A stretch of DNA of 64,000 nucleotides from an uncultured Thiobacillus sp. (lineage in GTDB: Bacteria > Pseudomonadota > Gammaproteobacteria > Burkholderiales > Thiobacillaceae). Both the position numbers and the translations under genes were made by a program. Every line of letters starts with the position of its first letter. Position 1 is the first letter of the stretch. The stretch lies in assembly GCA_964404175.1 (NCBI GenBank), contig CAYOJA010000001.1:29506-93505 (forward strand). The letters are read 5' to 3'. Under the pieces are notes generated by a model. The model did not search any database. It was not told the origin of the DNA and saw only the letters and a program-made list of their open reading frames with translations. Shown here piece after piece: positions 10,408 through 21,360 of the stretch.

Positions 10408-10545
10408 TTAATGCCAGTCCCACATTCCGGGGCCCATCATCATGCCGCACCCATAGCCATGGCAAGGGTAATAGCCTTGCTGCGCAAAAGCCGCGGGGGC
10501 TGTGAGCGAAAGCACGGTCAGACCTGCCAACACGATCTTTTTCAT
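10408..10545 (-). CDS. 45-aa secreted Met/Cys/His-containing peptide (possibly truncated)
   Basis: AAGGAG RBS, signal peptide MKKIVLAGLTVLSLTAPAAFA, then QQGYYPCHGYGCGMMMGPGMWDWH. Confidence 0.5.
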   Translation of the reverse strand: MKKIVLAGLTVLSLTAPAAFAQQGYYPCHGYGCGMMMGPGMWDWH

Positions 10546-10670
10546 GCCGCTTCTCCTTACGGTGATCCAAACGACGCGTAACGCCCACGCAAGCGTGAGC
10601 ACCTAAGGAAGCCCTGAACAAGTCCCCTTCGTTTTAGAATTTCGTCATTCGTATTCGTGCCGCTTTCCCC

Positions 10671-11624
10671 ATGAAACAACTCAGCCTTGCCGCTACCGAT
10701 TTCGTCAAGAAGCCCAAGCAAACCCGACGCGAGAAGTTTCTGTGCGAGATGGAAATCGTCGTGCCCTGGACGCGTCTGCTGGCCGTCATCGACCCCGTCT
10801 ATCCCAAAGCCGGCAACGGCCGCCGCCCCTACGAACTGCCCGTCATGCTGCGTATCCACTTCATGCAGCAGTGGTTCAACTATAGCGACGCCGCCATGGA
10901 AGAAGCCCTGCACGACATCCCCCTTCTGCGGCGCTTCGCCGGACTCGATGCAGGCACCGACACCCTGCCCGACGAAACCACCATCCTCAACTTCCGCCAC
11001 CTGCTCCAGACCCACCGGCTATCCGCCCGGCTGTTTGCCGAAGTCAACGCCTTACTGGCCGAGAAAGGTCTGCTGCTCAGGGAGGGCACCACCGTCGACG
11101 CCACCCTGATCGCCGCGCCGCCCTCGACCAAGAACCAGGACGGCCAGCGCGACCCCGAGATGAGCCAGACCAAGAAGGGCAACCAGTGGTACTTTGGCAT
11201 GAAGGCGCATATTGGCGTGGACGATCAAAGTGGACTGGTACACACCGTCGTCGGCACCACCGCCAAAGTCTCGGACATGTCGCAGTTCGGCGCCCTGCTG
11301 CATGGGGACGAGGCACGCATCAGCGCCGACCGGGGTTACGACTACCCGCAGATTCACGCACAGCTTGAAGAGAAGCTGATCGAAGACTGGGTGGCGAGGA
11401 AGGCGAAGCCGGGCAAGTCGCTGGATGCCTGGACGCGCGGACTGAATCATGCGATTGCCAGGCTGCGCGCGATTGGCGAGCATCCGTTCCGGATACTCAA
11501 GCGGCAGTTTGGTTATACGAAGGTGCGGTATCGCGGATTGGAAAAGAACACGGCGCAACTTGTGACGCTGTTTGCGCTGGGGAACCTGTATCAGGCCAGA
11601 CGGGCGTTATTGGCGACAGGATAA
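10671..11624 (+). CDS. IS5-family DDE transposase
   Basis: GTTVDATLIAAPPSTKN, RDPEM, WYFGMKAHIGVD, ADRGY, EHPFRILKRQFGYTKVRYRGL. Confidence 0.97.
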   Translation: MKQLSLAATDFVKKPKQTRREKFLCEMEIVVPWTRLLAVIDPVYPKAGNGRRPYELPVMLRIHFMQQWFNYSDAAMEEALHDIPLLRRFAGLDAGTDTLPDETTILNFRHLLQTHRLSARLFAEVNALLAEKGLLLREGTTVDATLIAAPPSTKNQDGQRDPEMSQTKKGNQWYFGMKAHIGVDDQSGLVHTVVGTTAKVSDMSQFGALLHGDEARISADRGYDYPQIHAQLEEKLIEDWVARKAKPGKSLDAWTRGLNHAIARLRAIGEHPFRILKRQFGYTKVRYRGLEKNTAQLVTLFALGNLYQARRALLATG

Positions 11625-11640
11625 ATCCGCCTGCCGGCGG

Positions 11641-11669
11641 GCGAATTGCTCAATAAACGAGCAATTCGC
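11641..11669. terminator. 11-bp stem-loop inside IS5 downstream of the transposase
   Basis: GCGAATTGCTC-aataaac-GAGCAATTCGC; no clear U-tract. Confidence 0.45.
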
Positions 11670-11770
11670 GATGAAGCCGGCGAGGACGCGCACACAAGCG
11701 GCATGTCGGGAGGCCGAATTGCACGGTCGGTGGAATGCGAATTTGTAATGGGGACTTGTTCAGGGCTTCC

Positions 11771-12013
11771 CTAACCACGCTTCAAGTCGTCGCGTTTCTT
11801 GAGAAATTCCTCGCGATCGATTTCTCCCCGAGCATATCGTTCTTCCAGCACGTCCAGCGCGCTTTGACTCGCATCGCGGGCGCCCGGGTTCGGACGGTTG
11901 CCACCGCCGAAAAAATATTTGAGCACTACCGCGATGAGGAGGATCGGCACCAGCCAAAACAGCATCATGCCGAACCACCCCCATCCCCAACCCATGCCGT
12001 ATTCCCACATCAT
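11771..12013 (-). CDS. SHOCT-domain small membrane protein
   Basis: MMWEYGMGWGW + TM helix + ALDVLEERYARGEIDREEF; GGAGAG RBS. Confidence 0.9.
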   Translation of the reverse strand: MMWEYGMGWGWGWFGMMLFWLVPILLIAVVLKYFFGGGNRPNPGARDASQSALDVLEERYARGEIDREEFLKKRDDLKRG

Positions 12014-12045
12014 GCCGCTCTCCAAAATTTGTCCCGCCGCACACG

Positions 12046-12729
12046 CTATTGTTGGGCCGCGCTATGCCGCTGCAAGAAATCGACGATCTCATCGGTCATC
12101 GTTTCGTCCGGGACGATTTTCCCCATTGCGGTCATATGGCCGCGCATGCGGGACACGACCGCCGGCCATTCCTGGACGGTGTGCTGTTTGGGGTCCGGCA
12201 GGGCGTGGCACTGCATGCAGGTTGTGCCGAAGGCCCGGCCCGGCGGCGTGTCCAGGTCGGGGTAGGTTGCCGCATCGATCGGTTTCTGGGCATGCCGCTG
12301 CAAATAGCCGAGCAGGATTTTCAACTGCACCGGATCGGGCGCCGCTACGCCCATCATGCCGCCCATCATTCCCCCCATCATCTGCATGCGCATGTTCATC
12401 CGGCCCAGCACCTGCGGCCATTCCGGGGCGGTATGCAGGCCGGGGCCGGGCAGGTTGTGGCATTGCATGCAGAACTGCTGGAGCAGGTGCGCCCCGGACG
12501 AATTGGGCTCGGGCAGGTGGGCGGGGTCGATTCCGGGAGGCAGCGCGCCACCCATCATCCCTTGCATCATGTTTCGGTGCATGCCCATTCCGCCCATCAT
12601 TCCCATCCCGCCCGCCAGGGTCGTCCGTTCACTGGAAACAGGCTCGCCGGCAGATGCCGCAATCGGGGCGGCCAGGCACGCGACGGCTGCGCCCAGCGCC
12701 AGGATCGAAGCCCCTTTGCCTATCTGCAT
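12046..12729 (-). CDS. Secreted dihaem c-type cytochrome with Met-rich segments
   Basis: Signal peptide; two CMQCH haem motifs; GGMGMMGGMGMH and MMGGMMGGMMG. Confidence 0.85.
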   Translation of the reverse strand: MQIGKGASILALGAAVACLAAPIAASAGEPVSSERTTLAGGMGMMGGMGMHRNMMQGMMGGALPPGIDPAHLPEPNSSGAHLLQQFCMQCHNLPGPGLHTAPEWPQVLGRMNMRMQMMGGMMGGMMGVAAPDPVQLKILLGYLQRHAQKPIDAATYPDLDTPPGRAFGTTCMQCHALPDPKQHTVQEWPAVVSRMRGHMTAMGKIVPDETMTDEIVDFLQRHSAAQQ

Positions 12730-12739
12730 GATGTGAGCG

Positions 12740-13132
12740 TTACAGGGCCTGCATGACCCGCTCCAGCTTTTGCCTGACCTCGCTGGCCAATTGATGGACC
12801 TCCGGCTTCGCCACCAAGTCCAGCACCGCATTGGGGTCCATGAACTCCACCTGGACCTTGCCTGCATCGTCCTGGCGCACGACCACGTTGCACGGCAACA
12901 GCAGGCCGATCGACGGTTCCGCTTCCAGCGCCCGATGCGCCAGCGGCGGGTTGCAGGCCCCGAGGATGCGGTAGGGCGGCATGTCCTGATTGAGTTTCTT
13001 CTTCAGGGTCGCCGCCACGTCGATGTCCGTCAGCACGCCGAAGCCTTCCTTTTGCAGTTCCTGAGTGACCTTCTCGATCGCCGCATCGAAAGAAGACGCG
13101 ACCGCCTTGCCGAAACCGTACCGGGTGCTCAT
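12740..13132 (-). CDS. DUF302-domain protein
   Basis: GFGVLTDID, YRILGACNP, IGLLLPCNVVV. Confidence 0.9.
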   Translation of the reverse strand: MSTRYGFGKAVASSFDAAIEKVTQELQKEGFGVLTDIDVAATLKKKLNQDMPPYRILGACNPPLAHRALEAEPSIGLLLPCNVVVRQDDAGKVQVEFMDPNAVLDLVAKPEVHQLASEVRQKLERVMQAL

Positions 13133-13171
13133 GTTGTTGCTCCTTCGTTGATAAAAAAATGTTAGTAGGGA

Positions 13172-15085
13172 TTACGTCCTGAGCATGCGCAGCCCGCTCG
13201 CGATCACCACGAACTCGCTGATCTCGTGCGCGAGGACGGCGATGGGAAGCGTGAAAAATCCGGTCACCGCGCCCGCGACGAGCGAGCCGATCACCACCAC
13301 GGACAGCGCCAGGTTTTGCAGCACCACGCGCCACGTGCGCCGGCTGAAGCGGATGAGGTAAGGCAGGCGCGCCAGGTTGTCGCTCATGAGCGCCACGTCC
13401 GCTGTTTCCAGAGCGACATCGGTGCCGGCGGCGCCCATGGCGATGCCCACGTGGGCGGCGGCGAGCGCCGGCGCGTCGTTGACGCCGTCGCCCACCATCA
13501 GCACCTTGCCGTACCTCGCCTCCAGTTCGGCCACCTTGCGCGTCTTGTCCTCGGGAGAAAGCTCGGCATGGACCTCATCGATCCCAACCTGTTCGGCAAT
13601 GGCGGCGGCGGCCAGGGGATTGTCGCCGGTCAGCATGACCACGCGCTCGATTCCGGCGCGCTTCAGTTCGGCGATGGCGTCCGCCGCCTCGGGGCGCAAG
13701 GGGTCAGCGATGGCAAACAATGCCTGGATCGAGGAATGGGTCCCGAGCATCACCACGGTCTTGCCCTGGCTTTGCAGGTGTTGAACCTTGTCCATCACGT
13801 CGGCAACCGGAACAGCCAGGTCGGCGAATAGCTTTGGACTGCCAATATAAAACTCCCGTCCGCCCACCAATCCCTGGGCGCCTGCGCCGGTGCGCGAGCG
13901 GAAATTCTCGGCGGGTGCCGGTTCGAGGCCGATTGCGTGGGCGCGGCGCACGATGGCCTGGGCCAGGGGATGCTGCGAGCGGGACTCCAGGGCCGCAGCG
14001 GCCTCCAGCACCTCGCGCTCGTCGTGCCCCCAGAACACCAGCACGTCGGTGACCTCGGGGCGTCCTATCGTGAGGGTGCCCGTTTTGTCGAGCGCCACGA
14101 CTTTCACGCGGGCCAGGTTCTCCAGATGGATGCCGCCCTTGATGAGCAGGCCGTTGCGGCCGGCCGTGCCCAGGGCCGCGACCAAGGTGATAGGAATCGA
14201 GATCACCAGGGCGCAGGGCGCCGCAGCCACGACGAAAACCGTCGCGCGGGTCAGCCAATCCTCCCACGGCAGCCCGAACAGCGGCGGCAGCAGACCGATC
14301 AGGATACCGATGCCCAGAACGGCCGGGCTGTAGCGTTTGCCGAAGCGCTCGATGAAGCGCTGGCTGCGCCCCTTGCTGGCCTGCGCCGCTTCCACCAGAT
14401 GGATGATGCGGGACAGGGTGTTGTCCGCAAACGCCTTGGTCGCGCGTACCGTCAGCGCGCCTTCCCCATTGATGCTGGCCGCGAAGACCTTGCCGCCCGG
14501 AGACTTCTCCACCGGAACCGATTCCCCCGTCACCGGCGCCTGGTTGACGGCGGAATGGCCGTCGATCACGTCGCCGTCGGTTGCGACCGATTCCCCGGGC
14601 AGGACGACGAAAATGTCGCCCACCCGCACCTGTTCGACGGGGATGCGCGACTCCTGGCCGTCGCGGCGCACCAGGGCGGTCTTCGGCGCCAGGTCCATGA
14701 GCGCGCGTACAGCGTGTCGCGTGCGCTCGGCCGTATAGCCTTCGGCCGCCTCGGAGATGGAATACAGGAACACCAGCGTGGCGGCTTCCAGCCACTGCCC
14801 CATCGCGCCGGCGACGAGGGCTGCGACGGACATCAGCAGTTCGATGCCAACCGCACGCTCCTTGATCAGTTCCTCCAGCGCCTCGCGACCGAAGTAATAG
14901 CCGCCAATGATGACCGCAACCACATAGAACAGCGTCTCGGCGGCGTGGGACAGGCCCAGGTAGCCGCCGACAAAGCCCAGCGCGAGCAGGACGCCGGAAG
15001 CGGACGAGGTCACGACCTGCGGGTTTTTCCACGGCCGCGGCATTGTCACTGGCAGCGAGGCGGAAACGGAACACGAGCACGCCAT
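13172..15085 (-). CDS. Second heavy-metal P1B ATPase (P1B-4-like; CadA/ZntA annotation class)
   Basis: AAAPCALVISIP, HEISE, DKTGT, HPL, GDGVND; start ATG 15085 (MACSCS), alternative GTG 15196. Confidence 0.9.
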   Translation of the reverse strand: MACSCSVSASLPVTMPRPWKNPQVVTSSASGVLLALGFVGGYLGLSHAAETLFYVVAVIIGGYYFGREALEELIKERAVGIELLMSVAALVAGAMGQWLEAATLVFLYSISEAAEGYTAERTRHAVRALMDLAPKTALVRRDGQESRIPVEQVRVGDIFVVLPGESVATDGDVIDGHSAVNQAPVTGESVPVEKSPGGKVFAASINGEGALTVRATKAFADNTLSRIIHLVEAAQASKGRSQRFIERFGKRYSPAVLGIGILIGLLPPLFGLPWEDWLTRATVFVVAAAPCALVISIPITLVAALGTAGRNGLLIKGGIHLENLARVKVVALDKTGTLTIGRPEVTDVLVFWGHDEREVLEAAAALESRSQHPLAQAIVRRAHAIGLEPAPAENFRSRTGAGAQGLVGGREFYIGSPKLFADLAVPVADVMDKVQHLQSQGKTVVMLGTHSSIQALFAIADPLRPEAADAIAELKRAGIERVVMLTGDNPLAAAAIAEQVGIDEVHAELSPEDKTRKVAELEARYGKVLMVGDGVNDAPALAAAHVGIAMGAAGTDVALETADVALMSDNLARLPYLIRFSRRTWRVVLQNLALSVVVIGSLVAGAVTGFFTLPIAVLAHEISEFVVIASGLRMLRT

Positions 15086-15222
15086 TACTTGTTTTCCGCC
15101 GCCGGTTTGGGTGTCCGGATGTTGGGGCGGCAGGGCCCGCCAACGTCCTGACACATCTTGCGGCAGGGCGGGCCAAGTCTGCCGCGCGTAACGCACCCTG
15201 TCCCGCAGTAATCATCGGCCAT
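15085..15222 (-). CDS. Putative 45-aa Cys-rich leader ORF (not in supplied ORF track)
   Basis: Hand translation MADDYCGTGCVTRGRLGPPCRKMCQDVGGPCRPNIRTPKPAAENK*; its TAA overlaps the ATPase ATG (TAATG). Confidence 0.4.
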   Translation of the reverse strand: MADDYCGTGCVTRGRLGPPCRKMCQDVGGPCRPNIRTPKPAAENK

Positions 15223-15251
15223 TGCAGTCTCAAAGGAAGGAAGAAGGTTCT

Positions 15252-15282
15252 ATTGAAAACCCTGTAGCGACTCCAACGTCAA
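15252..15282 (-). promoter_or_regulatory. MerR-type (CadR/PbrR) promoter/operator driving the ATPase
   Basis: TTGACG-19 bp-TTCAAT with half-site CTACAGGGT, typical of cad/pbr operators. Confidence 0.8.
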
Positions 15283-15319
15283 GCACATATAATCGACGGG
15301 GGCATTGTGGGGGAAAAAC

Positions 15320-15790
15320 ATGCGCATCGGCGAATTAGGGAAGGCGACCGGGGTGGACCGCGAAACCATCCGCTATTACGAGCGGACAGGAATGCTTCCC
15401 GCAGCCGCGCGGCTGGCTAATGGCTACCGGACCTATGGGGCCGTTCATTTGGAACGGCTGGCATTCATTCGCCACTGCCGGGCGCTGGACATGCCGCTGG
15501 TGGACGTGCGGTTGCTGCTGGATTTCCTGGATCGTCCGCGCAACGACTGCGCAGACGTAAACCGGCTGATCGACGCACAGCTGGTGCGCGTGCGCGCACG
15601 GCTCAAGTCGATGCGTGCCTTGGGGCGGCAACTCGAACAACTTCGCGGTCGCTGCAATGCGAAGCACGCCACCACTGATTGCGGCATTCTGCATGAACTG
15701 GTGGCCGCCGCGCAGGGAGAAGCCCGCACTTGCCACGTGGACGCAGCCACAGCCCCTATAGGCATGAAAGGCGCGAGGAAAACACGATGA
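15320..15790 (+). CDS. cadR: Cd(II)/Pb(II)-responsive MerR-family regulator (CadR/PbrR)
   Basis: MRIGEL..ETIRYYE, FIRHCRALDM, three conserved Cys (NDCADV, RCNA, DCGIL); divergent from the ATPase. Confidence 0.9.
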   Translation: MRIGELGKATGVDRETIRYYERTGMLPAAARLANGYRTYGAVHLERLAFIRHCRALDMPLVDVRLLLDFLDRPRNDCADVNRLIDAQLVRVRARLKSMRALGRQLEQLRGRCNAKHATTDCGILHELVAAAQGEARTCHVDAATAPIGMKGARKTR

Positions 15791-16839
15791 CTCACACCCT
15801 GAACACCGGTATGGTCGCGGCGCTGGTTGCTGCCGCGCTGTTCGGCGCGGGAACCCCATTCGCCAAGCTGTTCCTTGCCAATACAAGTCCGTGGCTGTTG
15901 GCGGGTTTACTCTATTTGGGGTCGGGCACAGGGCTGTGGCTGCTCCGACGCCTGCGCCGTGCCAAGAGTGTGCACATGGCCCATACTGAATTGGGTTGGC
16001 TGGCGGGCGCGATTATCTTCGGCGGCATGGTCGGCCCCGTTCTGTTGATGTTCGGATTGTCGACGATGCCGGCCTCGGGAGCTTCCCTGCTGCTTAATGC
16101 TGAAGGCGTGTTCACCGCACTCCTGGCGTGGTTCGCCTTCAAGGAAAGCTTCGACCGCCGCATTGCGCTTGGCATGCTCGCTATCGTCGCCGGGGCGACG
16201 ATGCTAGGTTGGCCGCAGGAGACACGCTTCGCTGGCGCGTGGCCCGCCTTGGCGGTGCTGGGGGCCTGTCTTGCCTGGGCCATCGACAACAACCTGACGC
16301 GCAAGGTGTCTCTTACGGATGCCTCGTTCATCGCCATGATCAAGGGGCTGGTGGCAGGCAGTACCAATCTCGTTCTCGCGCTTGCCACGAATGCGCGATG
16401 GCCTGACGGCGCAACTGTGGCTGGCGCGGCGCTGCTGGGCTTCGTCAGCTATGGGGCAAGTCTAACCCTGTTCGTGATCGGACTACGCCACCTTGGCACC
16501 GCACGTACCGGAGCCTATTTCTCCGTGGCTCCTTTTTTCGGAGCGGTACTGGCGATTGGGCTGCTTGACGAACCGGTCACGATGACGCTAATTGTTGCGG
16601 CACTGCTGATGGCAATCGGCGTCTGGCTCCACCTTATCGAGCGGCACGAGCACGAACACACGCACGAGACACTGGAGCACAGCCATGAACATACCCACGG
16701 CGAAGGCGACGAGCACCACGAGCACAGCCATCACGAGCCCATCGCGCCGGGTACCCGACATATGCATTGGCACCGGCACGAAACGATCACCCACGCGCAT
16801 TCGCATTTCCCGGACATGCACCACCGGCATTCGCACTGA
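15787..16839 (+). CDS. EamA/DMT transporter with His-rich C-terminal tail
   Basis: Two EamA repeats; tail [32 protein letters not shown]...[11 protein letters not shown]; ATGA overlap with cadR stop. Confidence 0.85.
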   Translation: MTHTLNTGMVAALVAAALFGAGTPFAKLFLANTSPWLLAGLLYLGSGTGLWLLRRLRRAKSVHMAHTELGWLAGAIIFGGMVGPVLLMFGLSTMPASGASLLLNAEGVFTALLAWFAFKESFDRRIALGMLAIVAGATMLGWPQETRFAGAWPALAVLGACLAWAIDNNLTRKVSLTDASFIAMIKGLVAGSTNLVLALATNARWPDGATVAGAALLGFVSYGASLTLFVIGLRHLGTARTGAYFSVAPFFGAVLAIGLLDEPVTMTLIVAALLMAIGVWLHLIERHEHEHTHETLEHSHEHTHGEGDEHHEHSHHEPIAPGTRHMHWHRHETITHAHSHFPDMHHRHSH

Positions 16840-16846
16840 ACGCGCA

Positions 16847-17182
16847 ATGATCGAACTCGCTAAGATTACTGCCTTATTCGCACTCACCGCACTGGCAGAG
16901 ATTGTCGGCTGCTACCTGCCGTGGTTGGTGATCAAGCAGGGCCGGCCGGCATGGCTGCTATTGCCGGCAGCGCTGTCGCTGGGCATATTTGCCTGGCTAC
17001 TGACCTTGCATCCCTCGGCCGCCGGCCGCACCTATGCCGCTTACGGCGGTATGTACATCGCCATGGCGCTGGTCTGGCTCTGGCGGGTGGAGGGCATCGC
17101 CCCCACGCGTTGGGATCTGATCGGCGCGGCGGTGGCGCTCGCAGGCATGGTCATCATTGTCCTGCAACCTGATCGCATCTAG
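16847..17182 (+). CDS. ynfA: YnfA (UPF0060) family SMR-like membrane protein
   Basis: [32 protein letters not shown]. Confidence 0.9.
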   Translation: MIELAKITALFALTALAEIVGCYLPWLVIKQGRPAWLLLPAALSLGIFAWLLTLHPSAAGRTYAAYGGMYIAMALVWLWRVEGIAPTRWDLIGAAVALAGMVIIVLQPDRI

Positions 17183-17201
17183 CGACCTTGGGGATTCCTG
17201 C

Positions 17202-19153
<1,952 letters not shown>

Positions 19154-19165
19154 GACGAGACTCCT

Positions 19166-19519
19166 TTAGTAAAACAGCGGGGCGAGGTAGGGAAAGATCA
19201 GGGCGAGAACGACAAGCACGGCCACCATCCAAAACAGAACCTTATAGATGCGGTTGGTCTGGGGCATGGCGCACAGCGAACCTGGCGTGCAGGCCGCCGC
19301 TGGAGCGCGGTAGATTTTTTTCCAGGCGAAGAACAAAGCAATGATGGCGGCCCCGAGGAAGTAGGGCCGGAACTGCTCCAGCACGGCGAGATTGGCCACC
19401 CAGGCGCCGCCGACGCCGAGCATGACCAGCACCAGCGGGCCGATACAACACAGTGAAGCGGCGATAGCGGCGATGACGCCGCCGATGAGCGGCAAGCGCC
19501 CGGCGTTCTCTTGCAACAT
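19166..19519 (-). CDS. merT: Hg transport protein
   Basis: ASLCCIGPLVL, FRPYF, ACTPGSLCA. Confidence 0.95.
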   Translation of the reverse strand: MLQENAGRLPLIGGVIAAIAASLCCIGPLVLVMLGVGGAWVANLAVLEQFRPYFLGAAIIALFFAWKKIYRAPAAACTPGSLCAMPQTNRIYKVLFWMVAVLVVLALIFPYLAPLFY

Positions 19520-19554
19520 GTTTTCTCCCTTCCGAATCTTGGATGAATAGCGTA

Positions 19555-19585
19555 ACGTTACTTCCGTAGTCATGTACGGAGTCAA
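19555..19585 (-). promoter_or_regulatory. mer PT promoter and MerR operator
   Basis: TTGACT-CCGTACATGACTACGGAAG(19 bp)-TAACGT with TCCGTA/TACGGA dyad. Confidence 0.95.
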
Positions 19586-19590
19586 GCGGT

Positions 19591-20025
19591 ATGGGGATCA
19601 ATCTGGAAAATCTGACCATCGGCGCCTTCGCCAAGGCGGCCGGGGTCAATGTGGAAACCATCCGGTTCTATCAGCGCAAGGGCTTGCTGCCGGAGCCGGA
19701 CAAGCCCTACGGCAGTATTCGCCGATATGGTGAGGCGGATGTGACGCGCGTGCGGTTCGTGAAATCGGCCCAACGGTTGGGTTTCAGCCTGGATGAAATC
19801 GGAGAGTTGCTGCGGCTGGAGGACGGCACCCACTGCGAGGAAGCCAGCCACTTAGCCGAGCACAAGCTCAAAGACGTGCGAGAGAAGTTGGCTGATCTGG
19901 CGAGCATGGAGTCTGTGCTGTCCGAGCTTGTGTGCGCCTGCCACGCGCGGAAGGGGAACGTGTCTTGCCCGCTGATTGCGTCGCTACAAGGGGAGAAAGC
20001 CCTTTCCTACGCTGGCGCGGAGTAG
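19591..20025 (+). CDS. merR: Hg(II)-responsive regulator
   Basis: 144 aa; [44 protein letters not shown]. Confidence 0.97.
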   Translation: MGINLENLTIGAFAKAAGVNVETIRFYQRKGLLPEPDKPYGSIRRYGEADVTRVRFVKSAQRLGFSLDEIGELLRLEDGTHCEEASHLAEHKLKDVREKLADLASMESVLSELVCACHARKGNVSCPLIASLQGEKALSYAGAE

Positions 20026-20064
20026 TCGAGGATCACCAGTAACAGCGATCGAGGGGTCGATTCC

Positions 20065-20307
20065 ATGGTTGCAACCAACAGGGAAAGACAGGCCGCGTTC
20101 AAGAGGAATATACGGGATGCCGGGCTCGAAGCGCGCTGGAACGAGCTGGATGCACTGGTTGAAGAAATCAATCTGCTCAAAGACAATCTGAAAAAGCGTG
20201 AACTTGAGCTTTTCCGGAAGCCCAAAATGGCCAGCACGGCCGCTCAGGAAGAGATATGCTATCTGCGAATAGCATATGCTCCTGGAACGGATTGGCGATC
20301 TTCATGA
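20065..20307 (+). CDS. Hypothetical 80-aa helical protein
   Basis: Co-oriented ORF between merR and xerC with coiled-coil-like composition; no motif. Confidence 0.35.
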   Translation: MVATNRERQAAFKRNIRDAGLEARWNELDALVEEINLLKDNLKKRELELFRKPKMASTAAQEEICYLRIAYAPGTDWRSS

Positions 20308-20388
20308 TCACGGCCTGGATCTTTGGGTAAACGGTAGTACCCGGGCGGAGATCATCCCCGCCCGGTTGAGAAACTGAGACCATGAGAC

Positions 20389-21360
20389 TTGATGATGTCC
20401 GACACGGACGATAAGGAAGCCACGACGCTTTCCCGGCAACATGTTGCCGCCTACCTCCAGCACCTCGCGGCCGAGAGGCGGCTTTCTCCGAACACGCTTG
20501 AAAGTTACCAGAGGGATCTTCTTTTTTTGCTCCATGCGACTGAAGAAAGCGGGAAAGCACTGGCTGACGCAGTAGCCTCCGATGTGCGGGACACGATCGT
20601 CAAGCTCAGGAAGAAAAGCCTGTCGCCGGCGAGCGTGGCCAGACATATATCAAGCTGGCGAGGATTCTATTCATACGCCATCCAGAGATTCGGGTACCTG
20701 AACAACCCGTGTGTCGGGCAAAAAGGTCCGAAGGTAAAACGGGCCCTTCCCAAGACGCTTTCACCCGATAGTTGCGCCCAGCTCCTCGATGGCAAGAAGG
20801 AGCAGGATATTGACTCAAATGTTTTGCTGGCACGTGACCACGCCATGTTCGAGCTGCTTTATTCATCAGGCTTGCGGGTGTCCGAATTGACGGGCATGGA
20901 CTTCATCGACATTGATCTGAAAGCAGGGGAGGCACGGGTTACCGGCAAGGGCAGCAAAACGCGCGTGGTGCCGGTAGGCAGGCAAGCGTGTAAAGCGATC
21001 AAGACCTGGTTGAGCTGGCGCCAGGCACTCCTTGGCGGTAACGATACTCCGGCATTGTTCCTCAGTCGCTGGGGGAGACGCCTTTCGGTGCGTAGCGTAC
21101 AGATGCGCCTCGATCACTGGGTCTCGCAGTCCGGGCTGGGGCAATCGGTACACCCGCACATGCTCCGCCACGCCTTCGCCAGTCATATGCTTCAATCGTC
21201 AGGTGATCTCCGGGCGGTCCAGGAGATGCTCGGCCACGCCAACATCACCACCACCCAGATCTATACCCACTTGGACTGGCAACACTTGGCGAAGGTATAT
21301 GACTCGGCTCACCCCAGGGCCAAACGCGGGAAACCTGCGGTTGGCACCGAGAACACATAG
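20389..21360 (+). CDS. xerC: XerC-like tyrosine recombinase
   Basis: LSPNTLESYQRDL, ELLYSSGLRVSEL, GKGSKTRVVP, HPHMLRHAFASH, QEMLGHANITTTQIYTHLD..HL..VYD.AHPRA. Confidence 0.9.
   Translation: MMMSDTDDKEATTLSRQHVAAYLQHLAAERRLSPNTLESYQRDLLFLLHATEESGKALADAVASDVRDTIVKLRKKSLSPASVARHISSWRGFYSYAIQRFGYLNNPCVGQKGPKVKRALPKTLSPDSCAQLLDGKKEQDIDSNVLLARDHAMFELLYSSGLRVSELTGMDFIDIDLKAGEARVTGKGSKTRVVPVGRQACKAIKTWLSWRQALLGGNDTPALFLSRWGRRLSVRSVQMRLDHWVSQSGLGQSVHPHMLRHAFASHMLQSSGDLRAVQEMLGHANITTTQIYTHLDWQHLAKVYDSAHPRAKRGKPAVGTENT

Larger units (their letters stand above)
10607..11770 (+). mobile_element. IS5-family insertion sequence, 1164 bp
   Basis: Perfect 21-bp terminal IRs GGAAGCCCTGAACAAGTCCCC (10607-10627 / 11750-11770); CTAA direct repeats at 10603-10606 and 11771-11774. 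Confidence 0.97.

Noticed and set aside
20026-20070. Tn21/Tn501 terminal IR next to merR
   Set aside because: No GGGG-initiated 38-bp IR and no tnpA/tnpR in the window
20389-21360. Integron integrase or ICE integrase
   Set aside because: No IntI-specific insertion and no attC array seen; sequence follows the XerC pattern
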